The notes beneath the pieces were generated by a model. It was not told the origin of the DNA. It saw only the letters and a list, made by a program, of their open reading frames with translations, and did no database searches. From Psammoneis japonica (lineage: Eukaryota), in the NCBI GenBank assembly GCA_008632985.1, contig QPGO01000027.1, positions 248,001-312,000 of the forward strand: DNA of 64,000 nucleotides. The letters run 5' to 3'. Below are positions 12,969 to 24,162 of this stretch, in pieces. How positions within the stretch are numbered: position 1 is the stretch's first letter; each line of letters begins with the position of its first letter. Position numbers and translations under genes: made by a program.

Positions 12969-14545
12969 AGAACCGATCTGATGTGTGTGTGGAAATAACA
13001 GTGGAACCATTGGATGGCTCTTGTTCTGCAGATAATGCAATTGCCATTGATTGTCCCACAATTCCCAGTTCTTCTAAAGCAACGGCTAGTCAAGCACGTA
13101 GAGTGGGGTTTTGGCGCGCAACTACGGGTTATTTGGATAATTGAACACAGATTCGGATTTGCTTGTGGTGTGGAAATAAAAGCAACACCATTAGAAAGCT
13201 CTCGTCCTGTAGATGATTTTATTGCCATTTTTCATTGCCTGAGCTCAAGCACTTCTAAAGCAACAGCTAGTCAAGCAAAACGCAATTGGATTTTGGCGCC
13301 AAAAACAGGGGTTGTTTGGTTGTCAGAATGCCGATTGTTGATGATTCGGATCTGCTTGGGGTGTGGAAATGAAAGCAGTGCTGTTAGAAAGCTCTTGTTC
13401 TTGTTCTGTGGACAATGTGGTTACCGTTGATTGTCCCATAAATCCGAGTTCTTCTAAAGCAACTGCCAGCCAAGCAAGCGCAGTGGGATTGTGGCGCGCA
13501 ACTCTACGGGTTGCCGATTGTTGATCATTCGGATCCGCTTGGGGCATGGAAATGAAAGTAGTGCCATTAGAAAGCCCTCGTTCTTGTTCTGTAGATAATG
13601 CAATTGCCATTGATTGTCCCATAATTCCCAGTTGTTCTAAAGCAACGGCTAGCCAAGCAAACGCATTGCGCGAGAGGCGTTTTGACGGGATTTTGGCGCG
13701 CAACCGGGGTCGGCAGGACATCTGAATGCCGATTCGGATCTGCTCAGGGTATGGAAATAAAATTGACATCATTGGAAAGCTCTTAATCTATGGATGATGT
13801 TGTTGCCATTGATTGCACCACAATTCTAATTTCTCACAAAGCAACGCCCACTTGAGCAAAACGCATTGGGATTTTTGAGCGCAACTGCGCGATCGGCAAG
13901 ATGTCTGAATGCCGATTCGGTTCTGCTAGAGGCATCCAAATAAAAGCACCATCATTAGAAAGCTCTCGCTCTTTAGATGATGTCATTGTTGTGGATTGTG
14001 TCAACTCCAATTTCTTCTAAAGCAACACCTGCTCAAGCAAAACGCAATGTGACCCGGGTGCGCAAGTGCCGGTCGGCAGGATGTCTGAATGCAGATTCGG
14101 ATCTGCTTGGGGCATGGAAGCAGATCTAACATCATCAGAAAGCTCTTGATCTACAGATGATGTTTTTGCCTTTGATTGTGCCACAATTCCAATTTCTTAT
14201 AAAGCAACACCTGCTTGAGCAAAATGAACTGGGATTTTGGCGCGCATCCGGGGTCGGCGGGACATCTGAATGCCGATTCGGATCTGCTCAGGGCATGGAA
14301 ATAAAATTAACATCATTGGAAAGCTCTCATTCTACAGATGATGTCATTGCCATTGACTGTGCCACAATTCCTGTTTTTTCTAAAGCAACGCCCACTTGAG
14401 CAAGACGCACTGAGATTTTGGCACGCACCTGCGGGATCGTTGCGATGCATAAATGCCGATTCGGATCTGCTAGCTGGAGGGTCATAGAAGTAAAAGTTGC
14501 ACCATAAGAAAGCTGTGATTCTGTAAATGATGTCAAATGCATTAC
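12965..14545. repeat. Tandem array of about 8-9 diverged 180-200-bp units inside the Harbinger
   Basis: Anchor motif CTAAAGCAAC (or close variants) at about 13074, 13255, 13454, 13637, 13837, 14017, 14199, 14380. Confidence 0.9.
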
Positions 14546-14548
14546 ATT

Positions 14549-16447
14549 CTACTCACTGCTGTCTGAAGACGGAAAATCACCATCCGCAGTGTTGTTGTCC
14601 ACATTGGCACACGATGCAAATGCACAAACTTCCGACCCGCCAGTGCAATCAGGGTGCCCACAAGTCAGGGAAGTAGGGTCATCTTCGTCAAGGTGAGCTT
14701 TGCAACCAACACGATGCAAGTGACGCCCACAATGTTCAAAGTTGGAGCACATGTTTGAAGACCAGGAACCCAAATCCGAGCAGTTGAAATCGTGGTGTTC
14801 CGCCTCGTCTTTCGTTCCAACTGGCTCATTCCGCTTGTTGCATTCTATGTAGCCGCAGTGCACTAGTTCATTGCGTGAATCGCTCTTGCTGTCAGACTGG
14901 ACATCTTCTTCCAGCTCTGTAGACTCATTCCCTCGGTCGTCGCCATCGGAGCAGTTTCCCGCAGAGACTTCCCTGGATTTGTTCCTTGCGCAGCATTGGC
15001 GGCTCTTGTGTTTGCAGCAAAGGTTGAGTTGGCGCAAATCATTGACATCACAAACAGCACAAAGAACATACAAGGCACTCACCTCATCGTCGCCGCTGCT
15101 GGACGGCACAGACAGAAGAAAAGAAGTGTCGTCGTGCTCAGTGTCGCTGTCCAACTCAACTTTTCGCGCTTTCGCCACCTCTTTCTCAAGCTCTTCGCAC
15201 TCACTCCAGGCTCTTTTGCACTGCTTGATCTTTCTCTCACGCTTGCTCAAGTCACCAGCCTTTCCATGCCTCATGGCCCGAATCTCATCGGCCAGTCGCT
15301 CCGACTTGTTCTGTGCGCGGTCTCTGTTCTGCTGCAAGAAAAACATGTTCTCCTTGTTTTCCTCATTCATCATGTCGCTTTTCATCTCACTGACCACATT
15401 CAAGATTCTTTCAGACATGCTCTGTGACTTGCTGGAGGAGCTGTCACCCTTTCCCCTGCTGCGCAAGATGGAGTTGGCGGCGTCCAGGCTGCGTTGAATG
15501 GTGCTGGGATCCGACGAGTCAACGCCACAGCCACCTGGGAGGAGGAGCACAAACTTGTTGAGAACAGATGAATCACCATTTTGGTCAATTACCTTCCACC
15601 AATAGAGAATGGATTGGTCCAGTGGGTCAGTCAGATCAAGAGCATTCTCAAAACCTTCCGGATCCGAGCCGCTCTTCGTGCCGACCTTGTGCACCACTGT
15701 CAACCTGCTGCGAAGCTGTCCAACCCTCAATTTCAACACATCTGGAGCACGGGAAGAAATGGTCTTGTCATTGGGATTGAAGGCTTTGAGAAGTGGGTCA
15801 TCTGGAAACCGATGGGTCGGTTTGTACTTGTCAAAATTGTTGTGCAAAACAGCAATGAATTGTCGGCACACAGACATGAGGGGCGGGTCGCCTTCGTCAA
15901 GCACAACACGTGGAGCCTTTTGGTGAAGGCACTGGAGGGGTTTCTGGAAGCTCGGGTCACTTAAAATCTCAATGATGCGAGAATCTTCTTTGGAAGCGCT
16001 GAAGGGGCGCTTGTCGATGCGTGCTTCTTCCTGCCGGAAGACGCAGAACCACGTCATCAGACGCTTCTTCAAGTGGCCAGAATTGCCTGTGGTGGAAATG
16101 TTTTTTGGTGCAGGATTGTCATCACGAACATGCTTACACTTATGGCAAAGAGATCTGAGACTGGCCACTTTCATTGACATGATGCTCGCGTCCGCAAGCG
16201 TCTTTTCTTCTGCAGACAGTTCTTCGCCGTCACAAACATGCAAGGACATGAACAGCTTTTGATCAAAGAGGTGAGGGGTTGGCACAAGCCCCATGTCCTT
16301 ATCATAAGGCATACCACCATTGTTGCTGTCTTGCATTGGTGGCACTTGGTTGGTGCCATTTGTGTTATCAGTGCCGTCGCTTGAAGACGACATGGTACGA
16401 TCGATTTTTTGTGTTGATTGTTTTCTAGAGCGCGTCTCGTGATGCAC
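14549..16447 (-). CDS. Harbinger accessory (putative DNA-binding) protein with SAP-like segment, coiled coil and Cys/His-rich tail
   Basis: 632-aa ORF between the TIRs, convergent with the transposase; MKVASLRSLC..TTGNSGHLKKRL resembles a SAP motif. Confidence 0.6.
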   Translation of the reverse strand: MHHETRSRKQSTQKIDRTMSSSSDGTDNTNGTNQVPPMQDSNNGGMPYDKDMGLVPTPHLFDQKLFMSLHVCDGEELSAEEKTLADASIMSMKVASLRSLCHKCKHVRDDNPAPKNISTTGNSGHLKKRLMTWFCVFRQEEARIDKRPFSASKEDSRIIEILSDPSFQKPLQCLHQKAPRVVLDEGDPPLMSVCRQFIAVLHNNFDKYKPTHRFPDDPLLKAFNPNDKTISSRAPDVLKLRVGQLRSRLTVVHKVGTKSGSDPEGFENALDLTDPLDQSILYWWKVIDQNGDSSVLNKFVLLLPGGCGVDSSDPSTIQRSLDAANSILRSRGKGDSSSSKSQSMSERILNVVSEMKSDMMNEENKENMFFLQQNRDRAQNKSERLADEIRAMRHGKAGDLSKRERKIKQCKRAWSECEELEKEVAKARKVELDSDTEHDDTSFLLSVPSSSGDDEVSALYVLCAVCDVNDLRQLNLCCKHKSRQCCARNKSREVSAGNCSDGDDRGNESTELEEDVQSDSKSDSRNELVHCGYIECNKRNEPVGTKDEAEHHDFNCSDLGSWSSNMCSNFEHCGRHLHRVGCKAHLDEDDPTSLTCGHPDCTGGSEVCAFASCANVDNNTADGDFPSSDSSE

Positions 16448-16507
16448 CTCTCAGGAGGCATACAGTCGGATTGAACATACCACAAATTCGCACGTAGGTT
16501 CTACGGA

Positions 16508-16551
16508 TTGCGAACTTGCCAGTCGATTTGAATCGACTGGCAAGTTCGCAA
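16508..16551. repeat. Perfect 21-bp inverted repeat with 2-nt spacer
   Basis: TTGCGAACTTGCCAGTCGATT-TG-AATCGACTGGCAAGTTCGCAA. Confidence 0.95.
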
Positions 16552-16896
16552 CAATTATGGGCGAAGTTCTGCGAGGGAAATGCGAGAAAAGTCACTAAAT
16601 GTCCCTTGACGTTTTTATCAAAATATCCGGCCTCGAAGTTCGCAGGTTTCGCAGGATTCGCAAGGGTAACGGAAGGGCCCTAAGAAGCGACCTCGCTCAG
16701 CGCGGTTCCGTCCGGCCTTCGTACGGGACCTTTCGAAAACCACTTGCACAAAACATCACAAAAATCGCACACCATGACGAGTGCCGCCGACGCGTCGTCG
16801 TGTAGCGCTATAACTTTTATGATAACAACTACCAAACCTTGCACACACGATCTAACAGTATTCAAGTACATGTTCATGTTTTAGATTTGCTGAAAT

Positions 16897-18105
16897 ATGT
16901 CGGTTTCATCGATTGCGCCGCGGTTGAATGGCGACACTCATGGAAGCACACAAAATGCGGCTCCGATGTATGGCATGACCCAGGAGAGGCAAATTATGCT
17001 TGTTGATCCCAAAATCAACCTTTCAATCGTTCGAGCACTTGGTTTGAAATACAATGGATGCGAGACACCACGTCACATTCTCGGTTATGATGCCAATTGG
17101 CAAAACGTTTTTCGGAAGGTCCGAGATTTCGTCAAAATGGATGCCGCTGAGCAGAAGATCGAGAAGAACCGCTGGGGCAAGTTCCCACGATGGGAAAAAG
17201 ACATGTATGAACGAAGGATTCGCGTGTTGAATGAGCAAAAGGCTGCCATTCATGAAAAGCATGCGCAAGCAACCATCGGAACTGCAAAATTACCGCGATC
17301 AGTTTCACCCGTGCCAGAACCGGTCGCGCAACAAACATCAGTCGCTACAGACAATGATGCCGCCGGAGAACAACAGGTAGAGCCACCCAGCAGTGTATCT
17401 GACAAAAGACTGACATCAGCCGGTTTGTCAGAATCGTCAAAGGTTTTTAAGAGGCAAGAGCAGAAAGCGTCGAAGCAGAACTCCAGCGTCGGAGTCTGTG
17501 GAACAAACAAGCGCCCCCGCCAACGACGGTAGATCGAGTTTCAATCTGAAAGCTACATCACTTTTTTCCCCAGTAGAAGAACGTCTGGCTTTGGTAGAAG
17601 ATGCAGAAAAGGTAAAAAAATCTCGAGACACTTTGCATCTGATGGGAACGAATGCAGCTTCTCTCAGCCAACAGGCGGACAGAACTGCGATTGATTCGAT
17701 TCACGCACTGTTGAAGAAAGCGGGAACTGCTGCTGATACGACACACTATCCAAATCGGCTTGATAATGAACCGTGTGTGCGTGTTGTGTGCTTGGTTTTG
17801 AACGGGGTTGAACCTTCCGAGACGGATGGCGGGCAACGAAATGCAATCGACCTTCCTGCCAAAAAGCCGGAGTTGCTGTTGGTCACGCATTCAGGGGACG
17901 ACATAAAGCTGTAATGCAAGCGTTCAAGGCTGTCACTAGGAGTGAAACAAGAAGCAATGATGCTTTTCACTTTTACCCATTAGTTGCTGGCAAGGATGGT
18001 TTGGTTTCATCTGCCGTTGAGAAGTGCATTGATGCTTTCAAGAAGAGTCGTAGGAAACCATCCAAAAAGCCTCGAGCGTACCCTGAAGTCATCGAAGAAT
18101 TATGA
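16897..18105 (+). CDS. Unknown protein inside the TIR element, apparently split into three consecutive ORFs (16897-17532, 17498-17914, 17914-18105)
   Basis: Head-to-tail overlapping ORFs with protein-like composition; no recognised domain. Confidence 0.4.
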
Positions 18106-18225
18106 GCAGTTGTTGGATGGACAGCATGTAGTATTTCAATATCTAAAGTACACTACTAGAATGAATCAACACACCACTACTTTAGAAAAATTGACAGCCA
18201 GGGGATTGGGATTGAGCAAATCCCG

Positions 18226-18966
18226 TCAACCCATGCCGAGTAGATGCATCAGACGATCGTACAGAGTATGCGGAGGAAGTATCCCGAGACAGAGGGGAGG
18301 GCGGTACAGCCGCAGACGGATCAATATGTCGCTGCTGCATTCAATTGGATACTTACGTATGAACTGGGAACGGACATTTTGATTAACCGAGAAGATATCT
18401 TGATCGATCTCGGCTTTCAGTTTTGCTTCAAAGTCTGCATTTTCAGTAACCCTCTCAGACTGTCGATTTGCCTTGTACTCTTCCTTTCGTAACTCTGGCC
18501 AATTCGGATCTATTGTTCGCATTGATTGTCTTCCTAGTATAAGTCGGTGAACTTTTGATGCCTTGTTCAAACTCCCTTTGATCGGTTTTGGGTACGCCGC
18601 CACGATTGCTTTCCATCTTTCGGACTCTATTTCACCTTTCACATATGCAAGCTCCTTGTCGAGTTCTGGGACAGTGTATACACTCCTAGTCATCAGAAAG
18701 CTGTAGTCTTCGGAACAGCATCGTTTCAGCTCGTCCTGCAATGCGGTGTCCTTCTTGTCCGCTTCTGGTGGGACACAAAGAGCACATTTTCCAGCACAAC
18801 CCAGCTCAATAAAGCTTTCCATACATGTATAGATCTGATTCTCACAAGCTGTACATGACTTAATGGTCGAATGAAGCGTATCGAGCTCACAATCGACTGT
18901 GACCCTGTTTGACGGAGAAGATTTACCATGCACTTTCCGACGCCTTTTTTTTAATGGTTGTGACAT
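18226..18966 (-). CDS. Unknown 246-aa protein with N-terminal NLS-like KKRRRK and Cys pairs
   Basis: ATG-initiated ORF starting about 90 bp inside the right TIR; CTAC, CAGKCALC. Confidence 0.55.
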   Translation of the reverse strand: MSQPLKKRRRKVHGKSSPSNRVTVDCELDTLHSTIKSCTACENQIYTCMESFIELGCAGKCALCVPPEADKKDTALQDELKRCCSEDYSFLMTRSVYTVPELDKELAYVKGEIESERWKAIVAAYPKPIKGSLNKASKVHRLILGRQSMRTIDPNWPELRKEEYKANRQSERVTENADFEAKLKAEIDQDIFSVNQNVRSQFIRKYPIECSSDILIRLRLYRPPLCLGILPPHTLYDRLMHLLGMG

Positions 18967-19320
18967 TTTGTGACAATACTGAAGCTACCCCAGTGATCTG
19001 AGATGAAAGAGTAACCGAGTCTATTAGTGGTATTGGATAATACTAAACGGTTGTTGAGCTACACGACGACGCGTCGGCGGCACTCGTCATGGTGTGCGAT
19101 TTTTGTGATGTTTTGTGCAAGTGGTTTGCGAAAGGTCCCGTACGAAGGTCGGACGGAACCGCGCTGAGCGAGGTCGCTTCTTAAGATGAGTATGTGATCC
19201 AGGATCCAGCCATAAACGAAAACGGATGAAGCGTGAACCTCTCATTGTTCATGCTGATCGCATCTCATTTATCATCATTGATTCATAGATTCTGAACATC
19301 AGATACAATAACACTACCAC

Positions 19321-20088
19321 ATGAGTTCACCCAACAAGATTGCCTTTGTCACTGGCGGCAGCCGCGGCCTTGGTCGCTCGATTTGCTTGCATCTTGCCGA
19401 TTGCGGAGTAGACAGCGTCTTTACGTACCTGTCCAACCGTGACGCTGCCGACGAGGTGATTCGCGAGATTGAGTCACGTGGGGCCAAAGCTGCCGTAATT
19501 CAGCTCGATGGTGGCGATAGCACCCAGTACGAGCGTGCTGCCAACGAACTTGCCTCGTTGTTAAAAGACAAGTTCCAAACAGACAAGTTTGACTTTTTAG
19601 TCAACAATGCCGGGCATGGCCTTCATGCCGCTATTGATGAGACGACCGAAGAAGACTTTGATAGGCTTGTTGACGTTCACTTTAAGAGTACATTCTTTTT
19701 GACGCGCAAGCTGCTTCCAATGATGCGTGACGGTACTGGCAGGATTGTCAACATTACGACCGGCCTCACGCGCTTTTGCTTTCCGGGATATGCGGCGTAT
19801 GCTTCTGTCAAGGGCGCCGTCGAAGTCTTGACGCGATTCCAAGCCATGGAGCTTGGGCCGCGCGGTATTACCGTCAATTCCATCGCTCCTGGAGCCATTG
19901 AGACGGACTTTGGGGGAGGCGCCGTTCGTGACGTAAAGGAAATCAACGAGCTTATTGCCAAGGACACGGCGCTTGGTCGTTGTGGTTTGCCGGAGGATAT
20001 AGGTGGGTGTGTCGCTAGCTTCCTTACGGGCGGTAACGGTTGGGTCAATGCGCAACGCATCGAGGTTTCTGGAGGGCAGAGGATTTGA
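19321..20088 (+). CDS. Classical short-chain dehydrogenase/reductase (SDR), intronless
   Basis: TGGSRGLG, NNAG, YASVK (YxxxK), IAPGAIETD, NAQRIEVSGG. Confidence 0.95.
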   Translation: MSSPNKIAFVTGGSRGLGRSICLHLADCGVDSVFTYLSNRDAADEVIREIESRGAKAAVIQLDGGDSTQYERAANELASLLKDKFQTDKFDFLVNNAGHGLHAAIDETTEEDFDRLVDVHFKSTFFLTRKLLPMMRDGTGRIVNITTGLTRFCFPGYAAYASVKGAVEVLTRFQAMELGPRGITVNSIAPGAIETDFGGGAVRDVKEINELIAKDTALGRCGLPEDIGGCVASFLTGGNGWVNAQRIEVSGGQRI

Positions 20089-21026
20089 GATAGTTCGACT
20101 TTTGAATTTTATAACTCCACTATTCCCTGCCTTTGGTTTCTGTACAATTGAGTGTGATAGTCCTCGCAGACTTCGAGCCAGAATCTGAGACATGTATCGT
20201 TGGGGCCCTCTCATAGTTTGTGCAGCTGGGATCTTGTATCAGGAGATTGCGTCCTTGGAGAGAACGATGGCAGGAGAATGGAAAATAATCAATCAAATAG
20301 AACATGAACGTAAAGTCTCCGTCCGCCTCTAACGTGAAGGATAATACATGGTGCAATAAGGTTTGTGTTTTCATTGAAAGCCTTTTAACGTTCATTCGAT
20401 GGCCTGCTCCCTCGACTCTTCCTCGACCTGCTCAATTTGAACGGCTTGTTCTTCCTTGTTGACGACGTCAGATTCCAGTTCGTCATACTTTCCTCCTGAG
20501 ACTTCCACAAATGCGTCTCTTAAATCTGCTGGCGTCGACCTGCCTTTCATATCCAAGTACACTTGCATGAGGACGTTGGCAAGGACATTAGCGGCTTCGT
20601 TGGCCGTCGGGGCATATTGCGGCGGGCGGAAGGTCGTGCCAAGCAGGTTGGAATTGACCGTCTATAGAGATCTCTCTTCGATTGGCAACGAATCTTGTCT
20701 GCGCCAACGTAAATCAGCGATCACGAGACGATTTCATTTCTCGCTGTTGCTAAAACATGGTTTACTCTGAGCCTGTGTGATATGAAATGAAATAATGCTG
20801 AGTGGGATCCTTATTCAAGCTGAGTTGCATTCTTGAACCTACGACTCGTCGATCGAAAACAGCACGGATAAGGAAATGGTCGCAGGGAATCTATTTAGAT
20901 ATTATGGACAGAGAGACAAAACATTATGTAGAAGGTTTATCATGAAATGCATCGGTGGGGGTAGAGAACTGACCTAGTCCGGCTTCACTTGAGGCAGATG
21001 ACCCTGCTGACTGCTCGACCACTGGA

Positions 21027-22871
21027 TCAATTCACCTTTGATAAACGAACATTGTAAACTGACATTTTTGGCAGTTTCTCTGCTTCGTCGCAATCAAGAA
21101 GAGTAATGCTCATCACTTGCCGTCCCTTCATTAGAGTCCTTTGTCCGATATTGTTATATTTTACGTCACCAGAGAGCACCACTGTGCTCGCCACTTCCCC
21201 GATCCGTAACCGAATTTTGGTTCCTCTCGGAATCCTCTCTGCGTATAGCCTGATGTTGTATGCAGCGGTAGCAAGCACATCTACCTTTACTTGCTGGATG
21301 CTACCGACCTCGAGAAATCTCGTGCTGGCCCTGTCCACTTTAAACTTGCCCATGGCACGGAAGATGTATTCCCATGCGACATACACTTCATTGAATCCGG
21401 GAATGCCAATCAGTTGAACTGGAGCAGACCAGGCATGGGGATCTTGTCGTATGTTATGGAGCACGCCAAAGTACGACGCATTCATAGTTCGAAACTTTTC
21501 AGGGTAGAGTCTTGACAAGTTTTTCTTTTGCTGGGGATCCTTCAAAACGTTATATAATCTGAAGTCACCCTTCCTGTTCACAATCACCCAGCCACCCTGC
21601 ACAAAAAAAGTTTCGCGTTTGAGCACGGAAAAGGTGTGGTACTTGGTAAAACGGTAAGTCCAGCCATCGGCGGCCACGAATGGCCTTGGGTTGCCAGGGT
21701 GTCCAGATAGATAACCGCGGTTATTCGGCCAAAAGGACGGGTTGCCCATAAGGAAAGGCTCCAAGCTTAGACCATCCAAGGGTGGAGCTTCTGTTTTTCG
21801 CTCTGATCCTGCCAGGGCGAGAACGGTGGGGTAGATGTCCATCGTTAAGGTCATGTTGGGGACAGCTTTAGGACTGAACATCGCAGGACAGTAGATACTG
21901 AGCCTGTTGCGTACTCCATTTTCCCAACCCGAGGCTTTGTCGCCACGCAGGCCAGAAGGATTACGGTGGGACCATTCAGTCTCGTTAAGCTCGTATGAAG
22001 TTCCGGTGTGGACATATAACCGGCTGGATTTTTCATTTCTGCGGAGAATACGTGTTTTCTCCGTCGGACCATTATCACCAAAGAAAAAAAATACGGTGTT
22101 CTCCGAAAGTCCGTTCTTTTCTAGCGTGCGGAAGAGACGCCCAATTTGGATATCGAGCTGCTCCATCATGCCAAGGAACATTGCGTAGAATTCGCTGGCG
22201 CCCTTTTCAATGTATTTATTCTGTAACGGCTTAGGGCAGAGCCATGGTTCATGAGGCTGAGAGTAAGGGAGATACAGGAAGAACGGTTCTGCTTTGTGAC
22301 TTTCAATGAAGTTGATAGCTTTATCTGTCACGAGCTCCACCTGCCACCCGTTCTCAACTCCAGACCAGCTCCCGTTGCGCCAAAACGACGGGTTCACGTG
22401 AGTGTAGCGACCTTGGTGGCGCTCGTTTTCTTGCCCTAGAACCCACGTTTCGTCAAAACCACGGTTAAATGGCAGATCGGCATCAGAGTTACCGAGGGCC
22501 CACTTGCCAACCATGCCTGTCACATAGCCTGCGTCCTTCATCGCTTCGCTTAGTAGGTATTCGTCGAGATGCGGTGCTTCCCCACCATAGCCAGCTGAAG
22601 CTGTCCCTGTTCGCATGAAGTGCCGGCCCGTCATCAGTTGAGAGCGGGTCGGAGAACAAGAGGCCGTAGTGTAGAAACGAGTGAATTGCACTCCTTCATT
22701 CACTAGCTTGTCCATATTCAGCGTTTCCAAAAGAGGTTGGAGATACCCGTAGTCCTCAAATCCTTGGTCATCCGTTAAGATCACAATGAAATTAGGCTTT
22801 TGCGCTGAGGCAGGCCTGGAGGTCCCGGCCACGAACATTAAAACGGTGAGAGGTAGACAGAATCGGAGCAT
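21027..22871 (-). CDS. Secreted formylglycine-type (S1) arylsulfatase, intronless
   Basis: Signal peptide; PNFIVILTDDQG, CSPTRSQLMTGR (CxPxR), GKWALG, PHEP, GDNG. Confidence 0.95.
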   Translation of the reverse strand: MLRFCLPLTVLMFVAGTSRPASAQKPNFIVILTDDQGFEDYGYLQPLLETLNMDKLVNEGVQFTRFYTTASCSPTRSQLMTGRHFMRTGTASAGYGGEAPHLDEYLLSEAMKDAGYVTGMVGKWALGNSDADLPFNRGFDETWVLGQENERHQGRYTHVNPSFWRNGSWSGVENGWQVELVTDKAINFIESHKAEPFFLYLPYSQPHEPWLCPKPLQNKYIEKGASEFYAMFLGMMEQLDIQIGRLFRTLEKNGLSENTVFFFFGDNGPTEKTRILRRNEKSSRLYVHTGTSYELNETEWSHRNPSGLRGDKASGWENGVRNRLSIYCPAMFSPKAVPNMTLTMDIYPTVLALAGSERKTEAPPLDGLSLEPFLMGNPSFWPNNRGYLSGHPGNPRPFVAADGWTYRFTKYHTFSVLKRETFFVQGGWVIVNRKGDFRLYNVLKDPQQKKNLSRLYPEKFRTMNASYFGVLHNIRQDPHAWSAPVQLIGIPGFNEVYVAWEYIFRAMGKFKVDRASTRFLEVGSIQQVKVDVLATAAYNIRLYAERIPRGTKIRLRIGEVASTVVLSGDVKYNNIGQRTLMKGRQVMSITLLDCDEAEKLPKMSVYNVRLSKVN

Positions 22872-24162
22872 GTTAGCTTGAAACTTCAGAACGGTCTTCT
22901 CGGTGTTGAATCAGGGTGGTGAGGGAGCACTTGGTGTCGTTTGTTGGGGGAACGCACAAATGCGGTGAGTTTCAAGTTGCAGAAGAGACATGTTCAACGA
23001 GATCAAGATGAGAAAAACGAATTAATGGGAGGACAACGGTGGATAAATGAAAGAGATGCTTACAAGGGACGTGGAGAGAAGGGCGCGTAAAGGAAGTACT
23101 ATGAGATCAAATTATACGTCGAGAAGAGGAAAATGTTTGATGCAAGCGTTTGATGGTCGTGTCTTTATGCGTTTTGAGGTCATGCTTTCACCAATCTCTT
23201 CTCCCGCCAAATTCACAAGGTTCGACAGGCAGAGCGAGTAGAGAGAAGCTCTGGAACAACTGCTCAAGTTCGTAAAACGCCAGGTGGTTTTCTCGGCGCC
23301 CGCAAATCGATCATCTGCACCTTACTTAGGCAAAACGATCGATTAGCTGAAATCGTTTGTCTTTCGGTCGCTAGAGTGTTAAACAACCAAACGCGGCTTT
23401 CCTTTTTGTTTTGACAGATTGAAACAACTGTTGCGAAACTTTTGGCGCCAATCGTCAGATTCTTGTACTGTACTGGACGTCACACGTTGGATTCTACAGG
23501 GATCTGCTCTTCCATTCTGACGGACAGACTACTTGGCTATCTCTAATGGGTGGCTGGGCCCTCTCTGAGGGTCTAGAGTAGATAGATAGATAGAAGTACC
23601 GGTAGTCTAGTCTCAGCACCGGTAATACAGTAGCTACTTCTAGCTTGAACTTCTATTAGGGTGTAGCTCCATTTGCAATTTTGAATTTGAGTTAGGTGTC
23701 AAACTCCGCCATTATGATTCCCGTCTCCCGCATCCTTGCTTCCCTTTTTTGCACCTGACAGTCTGTCACACCTGCAGTCCCACTCGCACTACCTCCTTCC
23801 TGACGTGCAGTTTGTTTTCGTGCCTGCTGCTGATACTTGAACGAAACATAGAGACGTTTTGAGACAACACCAGACAATGTGCAACTTCTACGTATCGGGT
23901 GCAGCACGGTTCCGACAGACGGCCAAAACCGATTTCAATTTGTCGTCTAGCAAGGTGGGAGGTTCCTGATGATATCACCACATTGTTAGTCGGGACCAAA
24001 ACACTCTATGTTAACTTATTCACTCCATTTTTTCATCCCTACATCTTTTCACAACATCTTTTCACAACTTTCCACCAACGTTTTATTCTCCACATACTTG
24101 AGTCACTACTTGAATCCTTGATACGGTAAAAACACATCACATTCACATGCTGTTGATCAGCG

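Larger units (their letters stand above)
11326..16680 (+). mobile_element. PIF/Harbinger DNA transposon, degenerate
   Basis: Imperfect TIRs GACCCGTTCCATTGCCCTTGCGAA vs revcomp GGGCCCTTCCGTTACCCTTGCGAA; TAA on both sides (11323-11325, 16681-16683); convergent DDE transposase and second ORF. Confidence 0.85.
16681..19183. mobile_element. 2.5-kb element bounded by 126-bp terminal inverted repeats
   Basis: 16681-16806 is the reverse complement of 19058-19183 with 2 mismatches by manual alignment. Confidence 0.85.

Noticed and set aside
20393..20662. Exon-like minus-strand frame (TVNSNLLGTTFRPPQY...EQAIE*)
   Set aside because: No start codon or upstream exon could be assigned
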